From Candidatus Saccharimonadota bacterium (GTDB lineage: Bacteria; Patescibacteriota; Saccharimonadia; Saccharimonadales; UBA10212): DNA of 64,000 nucleotides. Positions 54,579 through 64,000 of this stretch are shown piece by piece. Made by a program: the position numbers and the translations under genes. Position 1 is the first letter of the stretch; the number at the start of each line of letters is the position of its first letter. Where the stretch lies: assembly GCA_022841445.1 (NCBI GenBank), contig JALHRM010000002.1:25581-89580 (forward strand). The letters are read 5' to 3'. A model generated the notes under the pieces. The model had not been told where the DNA came from and ran no database searches. It saw nothing but the letters and a program-made list of their open reading frames with translations.

Positions 54579-55775
54579 CTAGTTGGAATTTGGAGGGCTA
54601 AACTCGCCATGAGTTGGTCTTTCCGGTACTTGGATGTGTGTGCCGTCATCACGAATCACGTCAATTAGCTGTGGACCTTGTCGTTTTTTAGTTACTTCTT
54701 CAGGGGTTGCATCGATATAAATTGGTTCTTTACGTGCAACTTCGACACCTATCTGCTGACCCCTCGTTACCGCTGACTTTGTTGCTCCTGGAGTGGCGCG
54801 CAAACCTTGGCCGACTTTTTTGCCAGTCCAGGCCACACCTCTTGCAGTGGTTGCTAATACACCACCGGATCGACTTCCGCCTTTGTTCCCAACTTTGGCG
54901 TTCCTAGCCAAAGCAATGACCGCTAATATTCCACCAATTATTAGCACTAGTTTAAGGTTACGAGAGTTGTTTTCTGAAGCAACTTCAGCATTTTTTTCGG
55001 CCGCCATGGTGGTAAGTACCCGCTCGCTCACAAGCGTTTCGTGCTCTACCGATACCACCGATGACAGATTCATCCCCACGGTCTGACATTCGGCCTGCCC
55101 AATACCCTCGCCAGCTAATCTGTGCTCCTCTGCGCTGTAAACACTTTGTTTAGTTCCTGGGTCGCGCGCCTCCGCGACAAGCATACGGTCAAACGCGGCA
55201 ATACTTTCAGGGGGTGGACTGAATGGTTTAAACTCTCCAGGCCAGCCTCTGCCCTCTGGATCGTTTGTGGCGACGCTTTTATCTTTATCTCGGCTAGTAA
55301 ACGCAGTGGCATGTACTTTTCGAGGTGGCAGTTTGCCATCAGCGTCGCGACACCATGCCACTACATCGATTTGGTCAATAGATTTTACATACCCTAACGT
55401 TGCTTGATTCCAACCTCTGCTGTCATCATTAGTAGCTACTGTCAGCATGCCAGGATTAGCAGCGAGTACACCATTATATGTTAGTGGACGAACGGGAGTT
55501 TGTGCCGGAGGACTAGGACTGGAAGGTGTAGTGCTCGGATTCGGGTCTGCTTCTTTAGGAGGCAGAGGCAGACCAGGACGCCATCCTCCAGGGGCATCAC
55601 TGCCACCTAGCACTCCACAAGCCGACCCTACTGACAAAACTAACGCAGTCGCGAGAGAACCAGGAATAAGCCAGGTAAGCAGGCGGTTGCCGGGGCTTTC
55701 AGGCATTCTAGCAACATCAGAATAGGGTGGTTCCTTACTCGAGTCTGGTTTGATTCGGTGTACTTCGCCAGCCAT
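54579..55775 (-). CDS. hypothetical bitopic envelope protein with Pro-rich linker
   Basis: About 398 aa. Signal/anchor helix ending VGSACG, a PPKEADPNPSTTPSSPSPPAQTP linker, a central domain of about 200 aa, a second TM helix (LKLVLIIGGILAVIALA), and a basic tail. Locally G+C-richer, with several antisense ORFs. No family recognised. Confidence 0.55.
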   Translation of the reverse strand: MAGEVHRIKPDSSKEPPYSDVARMPESPGNRLLTWLIPGSLATALVLSVGSACGVLGGSDAPGGWRPGLPLPPKEADPNPSTTPSSPSPPAQTPVRPLTYNGVLAANPGMLTVATNDDSRGWNQATLGYVKSIDQIDVVAWCRDADGKLPPRKVHATAFTSRDKDKSVATNDPEGRGWPGEFKPFSPPPESIAAFDRMLVAEARDPGTKQSVYSAEEHRLAGEGIGQAECQTVGMNLSSVVSVEHETLVSERVLTTMAAEKNAEVASENNSRNLKLVLIIGGILAVIALARNAKVGNKGGSRSGGVLATTARGVAWTGKKVGQGLRATPGATKSAVTRGQQIGVEVARKEPIYIDATPEEVTKKRQGPQLIDVIRDDGTHIQVPERPTHGEFSPPNSN

Positions 55776-55941
55776 CAACACTACCTTTGCAAAACATATT
55801 TAATTGAAAATTCAGTCACTATTGTACAAGAATCGTTCCATAAAAGCAAATTATGTCGTAGTATTGACATATAGTCTATGTTATGTTAATATTATGTTAT
55901 CCTCAATCAACCTAAGATTCGAGGATAAGGAGTATAAGAAG

Positions 55942-56616
55942 GTGAAGAAATTATTACTTACAAGCATTATAACTGGTTTATTCGCGAGCGTTGCTGTAGC
56001 TGCACCAGTATTTGCATGGCACCCTGAGGGTGTGATTATTAAGAAGGTTCAGAATGTTACGACGGGTGGTGCAGTATCTGATGCCAACACGGCTACCACT
56101 GCAGTCACCGCTAAACCTGGTGACACGCTGAAGTACGTTATCGAGATAAGTAACCCGGCAAAACCTGCTAACAATAGCTATAACGACCTAGCGCACATTG
56201 TCCTTACCGATACCCTACCTACTGGTGTGGAGCTAGTAAGTGCACCTACTCAGCGTGTCATTAGCGAGAACATCAACGGTATTGTTGTCCCTGGAAGTAA
56301 AGTCGTCCGTGAATATACCGTTAAGGTAACCAGCACCAAAGATGGTGACCTGATCGACAACAAAGCATGTTTTACCGGTGACAGTATCGTTAAAGACAGT
56401 CCTAAAAAAGGTTGCGACAATGCAATCATCAAGGTAAGTGTTCCTCCAGTTGTTCCTCCTGTAACCCCACCAACTACACCTGAAACGCCTAAAACCCCTC
56501 CAGCCCCTGTTGTGCTTCCTGCAACTGGTACAGGCACCAACATTGCCCTGTTCGCCATCGCTGCGAGTGTTATCGGCTACTTTAGCCACCAGATACTTGC
56601 ACGACGCTCTAACTAA
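55942..56616 (+). CDS. LPXTG-anchored surface protein (DUF11-like repeat domain)
   Basis: GTG 55942 with AAGGAG 9 nt upstream. Signal peptide ending APVFA, Pro-rich stalk (PPVVPPVTPPTTPETPKTPPAPV), LPATG + hydrophobic helix + RRS sorting signal. Confidence 0.8.
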   Translation: MKKLLLTSIITGLFASVAVAAPVFAWHPEGVIIKKVQNVTTGGAVSDANTATTAVTAKPGDTLKYVIEISNPAKPANNSYNDLAHIVLTDTLPTGVELVSAPTQRVISENINGIVVPGSKVVREYTVKVTSTKDGDLIDNKACFTGDSIVKDSPKKGCDNAIIKVSVPPVVPPVTPPTTPETPKTPPAPVVLPATGTGTNIALFAIAASVIGYFSHQILARRSN

Positions 56617-56635
56617 GTAAAATAGTTACGAGACT

Positions 56636-56672
56636 AAATACCCGCCGGGCACATACTCGGCGGGTATTTATA
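56636..56672 (+). terminator. intrinsic terminator after the LPXTG gene
   Basis: AAATACCCGCCG / CGGCGGGTATTT 12-bp stem with a 10-nt loop, then an AT/T-rich tail. Confidence 0.65.
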
Positions 56673-56705
56673 TGCATCAAAATCGAACCATAGTTCTATA
56701 TACTT

Positions 56706-57467
56706 ATGCTTGTGCCGCTTTTATCTAATGTTCGTTTCTACGTACTGTGCAGCAGCATCCTTATAAGCATTGTGATAGCAGGCTGGACAAGACAACAGAT
56801 CGTGAGTGACCAGTTGTTTTATATACGGCTGGAACAATTATTCGGATTTCTAGCACTTTTTTACTGGTATATTGCACTGCTTATTTCGCCGCTTCTAGGT
56901 GTTATTGGGAGGCGTCGCTACACGCCACATATCAACTTTAGCAGGCGCGGTATCGGTGTTTCGGCAGCGTATTTCGCGCTCCTGCATGGTCTCATCGCAC
57001 TCTACGGACAGCTCGGCGGCATTGGAGATATTTTGCTGTTGCCAGACCGCTTTCTGTTCGCTATCGCTTACGGAGTCATCGCACTAGCTATACTGCTCAC
57101 TATGACGGCAACATCGTTCGACATAGTGATACATCGAATCGGATTTCATCGCTGGAAAATACTGCACCGATTGAGCTACCCGGCCGGATTACTTATTTTA
57201 CTGCACATTTGGTTTATCGGCACACATAGTAAGATGCCGTTAATTTATGGGGTTAATTTTGCCGCGCTGGCGCTACTAGCTGCACTCGAATCAATCCGTC
57301 TCTCTAAATTCATTGCAAAACACTCTGGAGATAGCCTTTCGTATATAAAACAGCTGCCGTTTCTGATATTTGGACTAATGATTATTACACTTGTGTGGCT
57401 GACACTGACCACCCAAAGCTATCATGGGAAACACCGAGATAGCCATGAAGCGGGGGAGCGGCTATGA
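56706..57467 (+). CDS. ferric-reductase-like transmembrane (di-heme b type) protein
   Basis: 253 aa with 6 TM helices. Paired His on helices (ALLHGLIAL, FHRWKILHRLSY, LLILLHIWF), as in the Ferric_reduct/MsrQ family. Confidence 0.6.
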   Translation: MLVPLLSNVRFYVLCSSILISIVIAGWTRQQIVSDQLFYIRLEQLFGFLALFYWYIALLISPLLGVIGRRRYTPHINFSRRGIGVSAAYFALLHGLIALYGQLGGIGDILLLPDRFLFAIAYGVIALAILLTMTATSFDIVIHRIGFHRWKILHRLSYPAGLLILLHIWFIGTHSKMPLIYGVNFAALALLAALESIRLSKFIAKHSGDSLSYIKQLPFLIFGLMIITLVWLTLTTQSYHGKHRDSHEAGERL

Positions 57468-57991
57468 AGATTGTGATACTGGCTATACTAGTTGTCTCGA
57501 CGGCGCTTCTGAGCGGCAGCATAGTCAATGCACATGTGGTTGTTATGGATAAAAATTCCGATACCACACTTCTAGTCCATGTTACACCGGCAGACGACCC
57601 TATAGCCGGCGAAAAAAGCAATATATATCTCGATATCAAAACCCGGGAGGCGAATTCTTATCTGCCATCAAACCTACTACTGGCCATCGCCGATGAATCA
57701 CAGGCAATAAATATAGTTCCGTTCAAAATTTTTGGTACAACAATTACAGCTGAGTACACTTTTCCCGCGCAAGGATTGTATACCATATCCCTTAAAAGCC
57801 AGGGGGGTATACCAATGCAACCTATTGAACTCGAATACAGCCTCCGGGTAAGCAGAGGAATAGGTTCAGAACCGCCTGAAAAAAATACTTGGGGAAGCTC
57901 ACTTATCACTGTCGGATTTATTGGATTTGCAATACTGGCAATTCTCGCAGTGAACAACCGACGAGAACTCTCACGCTTTAGCCGCTATTAA
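57464..57991 (+). CDS. secreted, C-terminally anchored protein with predicted N-terminal His after signal cleavage (possible Cu-binding, CopC/YtkA-like)
   Basis: 175 aa. Signal peptide ending VNA|HVVV, beta-rich body, C-terminal TM helix. ATGA overlap with the upstream gene. The function is inferred from context. Confidence 0.4.
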   Translation: MKIVILAILVVSTALLSGSIVNAHVVVMDKNSDTTLLVHVTPADDPIAGEKSNIYLDIKTREANSYLPSNLLLAIADESQAINIVPFKIFGTTITAEYTFPAQGLYTISLKSQGGIPMQPIELEYSLRVSRGIGSEPPEKNTWGSSLITVGFIGFAILAILAVNNRRELSRFSRY

Positions 57992-58056
57992 TGCTTACGT
58001 TTTAGCTGAATCTACGCTATATTTAACCTAGTAATTAATCATACTGGGGGTTTAAA

Positions 58057-58716
58057 GTGTCCAAGAAGTTACTATTTATAGCGGTGCTATTTTGTTCAAT
58101 AATTCTATCTGGTGCTGTGGCTTCAGCGCATGTGGTCGTAAAACCTACCGAAGTTGAAACTGGGGCATTCCAAACATTCACCGTCAGCGTACCAAACGAA
58201 AAAGAAACCGCTGCAACAATTGATCTGAAGCTCGAAATTCCGGCAAGCTTGGAGCATGTATCTCCAACAGTTAAGCCGGGCTGGACTATAAATGTCGATA
58301 AACAAGGTGAGGGTGAAGAAGCGACTGTTAAATCGATCAGCTGGAGCGGGGGAGCTATAGGTGCAGGTTTTCGGGATGACTTTAGTTTTAGTGCTAAAGT
58401 ACCAGAAAAAGCCACCGAATTACGCTGGAATGCCTATCAAACCTACGATGATGGACTAGTCGTGTCCTGGAATATTGACGAGGCTATGCAACCAAAAAAT
58501 ACTGATGGCACGCATGACTTTTCGACTTCAGGACCGTTTTCTGTAACAAAAGTAGTATCAACAACCAATACGACAGAAACGTCCAATTCATCTGAAACAA
58601 ACGATAGCTCAACTAGCTCCAATAACCAAGCCACCATTACGGCTATAGCTGCATTAATCATCAGTTTAATTGCATTGGCGCTGAGCACTAAAAAACCTGA
58701 TAAAAAACAGTCGTAA
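58057..58716 (+). CDS. YcnI-family (DUF1775) copper-binding protein, C-terminally anchored
   Basis: 219 aa. Signal peptide ending ASA|HVVVKPTEVETGAFQTFTVSVPNE, WSGG and RWNAYQTYDDG blocks, Ser/Thr/Asn-rich linker, TM helix. Confidence 0.7.
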   Translation: MSKKLLFIAVLFCSIILSGAVASAHVVVKPTEVETGAFQTFTVSVPNEKETAATIDLKLEIPASLEHVSPTVKPGWTINVDKQGEGEEATVKSISWSGGAIGAGFRDDFSFSAKVPEKATELRWNAYQTYDDGLVVSWNIDEAMQPKNTDGTHDFSTSGPFSVTKVVSTTNTTETSNSSETNDSSTSSNNQATITAIAALIISLIALALSTKKPDKKQS

Positions 58717-58723
58717 GTTGCTG

Positions 58724-59245
58724 CTAAGTGCGAAGTTTAAGATTGACTGTTTGATTGTGGTCAAGTAGTCGGATAATGAGTTCAGCCTCAGAATTCAGCT
58801 TCTTTAACTTCAAATCGACGTTCTTGATAACTTTTTCACCGCTTTTGACGACGATGCGCTGTTCTGATGAAACTTGTTTACCACTACCTGTGATTATTTC
58901 AATTTGGTAGCGATAAATCAGATTTTCGCCTTCGCGGTTGATAATCACAAAAGGTACTTTATAGTTTTGGTTTACTTTGAGTTTATCCGGGAGCTTAGAA
59001 TCATCAAAGTAAATTTCGCTGGTATTACTTACCGGTTTTCCAGTCAATGAACGCCAGCCTGATGTAATTTGATCGGCAAATACGACTGATGGGATACATA
59101 TCGCCAAAACAATCACGGCTGTAACCAAAAGCCTTTTTTTGAATGAAGCCGGTTTTTTAACCTTTTTGGTCGGATTTGATTTATTGAGGCTACCGGCCTT
59201 GGTTGCTTTATCTAACTCAGACGGTTTGCTGGCTTTACTTGGCAT
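58724..59245 (-). CDS. hypothetical N-terminally anchored protein
   Basis: 173 aa. Lys-rich N-terminus, one TM helix, beta-rich ectodomain. AGGAG 9 nt upstream of the ATG. Confidence 0.5.
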   Translation of the reverse strand: MPSKASKPSELDKATKAGSLNKSNPTKKVKKPASFKKRLLVTAVIVLAICIPSVVFADQITSGWRSLTGKPVSNTSEIYFDDSKLPDKLKVNQNYKVPFVIINREGENLIYRYQIEIITGSGKQVSSEQRIVVKSGEKVIKNVDLKLKKLNSEAELIIRLLDHNQTVNLKLRT

Positions 59246-59424
59246 ATTTAAAATAACTCCTGCTTATGTACACCTTAGCACAGTGCTAACGCTCAAAAAA
59301 TTGCTTATGCTGCTTGCATCACGGAGTAACTAATTGCTTTAGTGCGTAGGATTTTCGAATGCCAAACCCCTCAAACAAGTTAATGACACGTGCGTATAGC
59401 CTAACGGACGGATCCTCTCTGACT

Positions 59425-59456
59425 GAAAACTAACAAATTTTGTTGTACTTTGTTAG
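59425..59456 (-). terminator. candidate intrinsic terminator of the atp operon
   Basis: On the minus strand, an 8-bp stem CTAACAAA / TTTGTTAG overlaps the atpC stop and is followed by TTTT. Confidence 0.4.
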
Positions 59457-59878
59457 CGGTGATGGCGCTTTTTGAGTTTTGCAACTTGCAAGCGTACGGT
59501 GTTACGGGTAAGTAGTTGCTGTGCTTCCGATAGTGCAACCTGTGACTTGGCGTCCTTGATGAGTTCACGAGCGCGCTTGACTGCCGCTTCGGCTTCTTCT
59601 TCGGCGATTTCTTCAGCTCTAGCAACATCATCAGCCAAAAATCGCAGCACCTTACCATCGACTTCAATAACTCCACCCATAGTCGCAAAGTGCTCCATAA
59701 CAGAATCGGCATCACTAGCTTGGCGCCGCACACTAATAACACCTGGCGCCGCCACACTCACAAGCGGCATGTGTGATTCAAAGACAGCAATCGATCCGTT
59801 GGCTGTCGGGATGATGACCTCATAGACATCATCATCAAATGCTTTGCCGGTTAACCCTACAAGCTGAAACTTTATCAC
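59453..59878 (-). CDS. atpC: F1 ATP synthase epsilon subunit
   Basis: 141 aa. Beta-sandwich N-terminus (VYEVIIPTANGSIAVFESHMPL) plus a helical C-terminus. Lies downstream of atpD. Confidence 0.88.
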   Translation of the reverse strand: MIKFQLVGLTGKAFDDDVYEVIIPTANGSIAVFESHMPLVSVAAPGVISVRRQASDADSVMEHFATMGGVIEVDGKVLRFLADDVARAEEIAEEEAEAAVKRARELIKDAKSQVALSEAQQLLTRNTVRLQVAKLKKRHHR

Positions 59879-59880
59879 GA

Positions 59881-61326
<1,446 letters not shown>

Positions 61327-61348
61327 TTATTGACTGTCAAAAATTCCA

Positions 61349-62212
61349 TTACTTTATCGCTTCTGCTCCACTAGTAATTTCAGCTAGTTCCTGAGTAATT
61401 GCAGCTTGGCGCGTAGCATTAAGCTCCAGTGTCAGATCATCAACTAGATCATTAGCATTCTTGGTAGCGTTGCTCATAGCCAGCATCCGCATAGCGTGTT
61501 CGCTGGCTGCTGAATCAAGACGAGCCTGCATAAGCTGCGACTGCATATATAACTGGGCGGCACGCTCCAGCACTCGTTCTGGATTTGGCTCAAATTCATA
61601 AACCGGGCCAGTTGGCGAATCTTCGGGCTGAGTAATAGGTAATAGGGTTTGGACCTGCACCTTCTGAGTAAGTGTCGTGACAAACTCAGTAAATATGATT
61701 GTCACGTGTTGGTAGGTTTGCTCCAAGGCAGCGTTGTTGAGTAAATCAAATACCGGACCAAAGACTTCAGGGTCGGGAGTATCTGCTACGTGCTCATATA
61801 CCGCTAGTAAGTTTACATCCGATATTTGTGCAAAAAAGCGCGCACCTTTACGACCAAAAACAGCCACATCAACCGATAAACCATTGGATGCATCTTCCTT
61901 GATAGCTCGTAGCGCAGCATTTTGGACATTGCTGTTAAACGCTCCAGCCAAGCCTCTGTCGCCGGTGTAGATGATGTACAGGCACTTTTTAGCAGCCTCT
62001 GCCTCACGGAAGTATGGGTGCGCGACTGCCTCGGTTGAGCCAGACACCCGCTGCAAGACTCGATAGGCGATCTGACTATAATCACGTGAAGCTTTGGCGG
62101 CCTCTTGCACGCGCCGTAATTTAGACGCGGCAACAAGCTCCATGGCCTTCGTTATCTGTTTGGTGTTTTTCACCGAACGAATGCGGGCTTTTAAAATCTT
62201 CGTGCTTGCCAT
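61349..62212 (-). CDS. atpG: F1 ATP synthase gamma subunit
   Basis: 287 aa. N-terminal IRSVKNTKQITKAMELVAASKLRR and C-terminal ITQELAEI. Confidence 0.92.
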   Translation of the reverse strand: MASTKILKARIRSVKNTKQITKAMELVAASKLRRVQEAAKASRDYSQIAYRVLQRVSGSTEAVAHPYFREAEAAKKCLYIIYTGDRGLAGAFNSNVQNAALRAIKEDASNGLSVDVAVFGRKGARFFAQISDVNLLAVYEHVADTPDPEVFGPVFDLLNNAALEQTYQHVTIIFTEFVTTLTQKVQVQTLLPITQPEDSPTGPVYEFEPNPERVLERAAQLYMQSQLMQARLDSAASEHAMRMLAMSNATKNANDLVDDLTLELNATRQAAITQELAEITSGAEAIK

Positions 62213-62219
62213 TGCCTAG

Positions 62220-63764
62220 CTACTGCTCCTTGTCCTCGTAGCCATGAGCGGCTTCTTTGGCGGCTTTGATGACAGCGGCCAGGTCTTTTTCGTCAGGCGC
62301 TTTGCCTTCGTCTAATTTTTCGACCAACGCCTTATGGTGCTGAGAAATACGACTGAAAAGTGCTGCTTGAGCATCCTTAACCTTTTCGACGGGAACTTTA
62401 TCAAAGACACCTTCGTTGGCGGCATATATAGCCGTAACTTGCTGCCAGATAGAAAGCGGACTGTACTGCGGTTGCTTAAGAATCTCAGTAAGTAGTCGAC
62501 CTCGGGACAATCGCTGTTTTGTCTCTTCATCAAGATCACTCGCAAATTGAGAAAAGGCAGCCAATTCACGATACTGCGCCAGACTCAAACGCAGACCCTT
62601 GGCGACGCTCTTGACCGCCGAGGTCTGTGCCGAACTACCAACGCGCGACACCGACAGACCAACTGAAATAGCAGGACGAATCCCTTGGTAAAATAAATCA
62701 GTTTCTAGGTAAATCTGACCGTCAGTAATCGAAATTACGTTAGTTGGAATATAGGCACTGACGTCGCCGGCCTGTGTTTCGATGATAGGTAAGGCTGTCA
62801 GACTGCCGGCTCCAAGATCATCAGAAAGCTTCGCGGCTCGTTCAAGCAGACGCGAGTGAAGATAGAACACATCACCGGGGTAAGCTTCGCGTCCTGGTGG
62901 GCGACGCAGCAACAGTGATAGCTGTCGATAGGCAACAGCGTGCTTACTGAGGTCGTCATACATAACCAGGGCATGCTGCTTGTTGTCACGGAAATATTCG
63001 CCCATAGCGCAACCGGCGTATGGAGCTAAATACTGTAGCGGTGCAGGATCAGCAGCACTCGTAGCGACAACGATAGTTTGCTCCATAACCCCCTCTCGCT
63101 TTAGGCGCTCAACAAGCCGGGCGATCTTGGCGTATTTCTGGCCAACGGCTACATAAATATTGATAACCCCTGTTTTCTGTCGAGCTTGGTTGATCATCGT
63201 GTCGGTGACGATTGCCGTCTTACCGGTTTGACGGTCGCCAATAATAAGCTCTCGCTGCCCGCGGCCGATTGGAATCATAGTGTCGATAGCGGCAATACCA
63301 GTCATCAGTGGTTCATGCACACTCTTGCGCTCAATAACACCTGGCGCCGCGCGTTCAATTTCGCCGGTCAGTTTAGCATTAATTGGTCCCTTGCCGTCCA
63401 GTGGGTTGCCTAGTGGGTCTACGACACGGCCAACAAGTTCTGGGCCAACCGGCACAGATAGCGTTTCGCCGCTCAAGCGCACTTTTGCACCAGCTTTCAC
63501 TTGCTGGTCATTGCCAAGCAGTACTGCTCCAATTTCGTCTTCTAATAGGTTAAGCGCAAAGGCGGTGACCGTCCCACCGTCGATTGTTTCGATTTCTAGC
63601 ATTTCGTTATAGCCACATTCACGGAGACCGTAAATCCACGCCACGCCATCACCAATACGGGTAACAATACCCGATTCGCTGGCATCACCAGAGCTTTTAA
63701 AGTCAGCTATCGTCTGGCGTACTTCTGCCGCCAATGTCGAGGTATCAAGTTCAGTTTTAGCCAT
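62220..63764 (-). CDS. atpA: F1 ATP synthase alpha subunit
   Basis: 514 aa. GDRQTGKT Walker A, plus the [26 protein letters not shown] block. Confidence 0.95.
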   Translation of the reverse strand: MAKTELDTSTLAAEVRQTIADFKSSGDASESGIVTRIGDGVAWIYGLRECGYNEMLEIETIDGGTVTAFALNLLEDEIGAVLLGNDQQVKAGAKVRLSGETLSVPVGPELVGRVVDPLGNPLDGKGPINAKLTGEIERAAPGVIERKSVHEPLMTGIAAIDTMIPIGRGQRELIIGDRQTGKTAIVTDTMINQARQKTGVINIYVAVGQKYAKIARLVERLKREGVMEQTIVVATSAADPAPLQYLAPYAGCAMGEYFRDNKQHALVMYDDLSKHAVAYRQLSLLLRRPPGREAYPGDVFYLHSRLLERAAKLSDDLGAGSLTALPIIETQAGDVSAYIPTNVISITDGQIYLETDLFYQGIRPAISVGLSVSRVGSSAQTSAVKSVAKGLRLSLAQYRELAAFSQFASDLDEETKQRLSRGRLLTEILKQPQYSPLSIWQQVTAIYAANEGVFDKVPVEKVKDAQAALFSRISQHHKALVEKLDEGKAPDEKDLAAVIKAAKEAAHGYEDKEQ

Positions 63765-64000
63765 TATTTGACAAGTTCCTTTCTTAAATCATTTAACGTT
63801 CGTTTTAAAGACGCATCCCAGCGTTTGGTAGCGGATTCTATGGTCAGACCGCCAATGAGAGACGAATCCTGGATCTCATGGAGGTTAATGTCCTTAACAT
63901 TCAGAAGGCCCTTCAGTGTAGTGACCAGCTCATTGCGAGAATCGTCATTCAATATGCTAACGCTAGTGACCGTAACATCAGCTGCTTCACCCCGAGTTTC
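63764..64000 (-). CDS. atpH: F1 ATP synthase delta subunit (OSCP), 3' part only; the gene runs off the window
   Basis: The frame is open to the window edge. The C-terminal [28 protein letters not shown] matches the delta/OSCP C-terminus. Its stop overlaps the atpA start. Confidence 0.8.
   Translation of the reverse strand, partial: ETRGEAADVTVTSVSILNDDSRNELVTTLKGLLNVKDINLHEIQDSSLIGGLTIESATKRWDASLKRTLNDLRKELVK

Noticed and set aside
54707-55725. Five plus- or minus-strand ORFs (66-97 aa) overlapping the Pro-linker envelope gene.
   Set aside because: They lie in alternative frames of a locally G+C-richer coding region and have Arg/Pro/Leu-rich nonsense-like composition. They are best explained as shadow ORFs.
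25517-56672. The rplL terminator (25517-25552) and the LPXTG-gene terminator (56636-56672) might belong to a dispersed repeat family, since both use AATACCCG...CGGGTATT stems.
   Set aside because: There are only two copies. The loops and flanks differ, and both sit exactly at 3' ends of genes. Convergent terminator design is the simpler explanation.

Overview
This 64-kb window is a gene-dense, mostly housekeeping chromosome segment. It comes from a small-genome, Gram-positive-type bacterium that uses the standard genetic code (TGA terminates several well-conserved genes). The content looks like a Patescibacteria/CPR (Saccharibacteria-like) genome, but that taxonomic call is inference only. 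It rests on F1Fo ATPase genes, an LPXTG surface protein, GH57/GH15 alpha-glucan genes, charged N-terminal extensions on L1 and SecE (shorter on L7/L12), many short lineage-specific ORFs, and conserved operons split by inserted genes. I can support about 70 CDS, 5 intact tRNAs (Thr-UGU, Tyr-GUA, Thr-GGU, Trp-CCA, Gln-UUG), tRNA-Gln gene fragments, several intrinsic terminators, some sigma70-like promoters and an rplJ leader. Gene blocks in order: (a) aroG-like, trpS, rluD-like, holB. (b) tRNAs and rpmG. (c) A GT/GH57/GH15 glucan operon. (d) tRNA-Trp, inserted genes, secE-nusG-rplKA, inserted dcd plus tmk::thyX, then rplJL. (e) dnaX-dnaB, ybaB-recR-nrnA-cysS. (f) An envelope operon (GT4, GT4, hydrolase, VanY). 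(g) The tRNA-Gln locus. (h) A kinase fusion, then purM-like/purB/purC/purK/purE, then HAD, ATPase, acyl-AMP ligase and acyltransferase. (i) Signalling genes (REC, Crp-like; GGDEF and PAS-HK lie elsewhere). (j) Surface and copper-handling genes. (k) atpHAGDC. I found no CRISPR array, transposase, integrase, phage module or recognisable defence or toxin system. The most unusual observations are: (1) an intact tRNA-Gln nested between 5' and 3' partial copies of itself; (2) a thymidylate kinase fused to a tandem ThyX whose signature motif is split between the two halves, in an operon wedged between rplA and rplJ; (3) a 677-aa protein joining an unknown N-terminal region to an APH-type kinase domain, which heads (4) a purine block covering only the middle of the pathway; (5) several uncharacterised secreted or membrane proteins and small ORFs. 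None of these can be called a new system from sequence alone. All family assignments come from motif recognition by eye, with no database searches.
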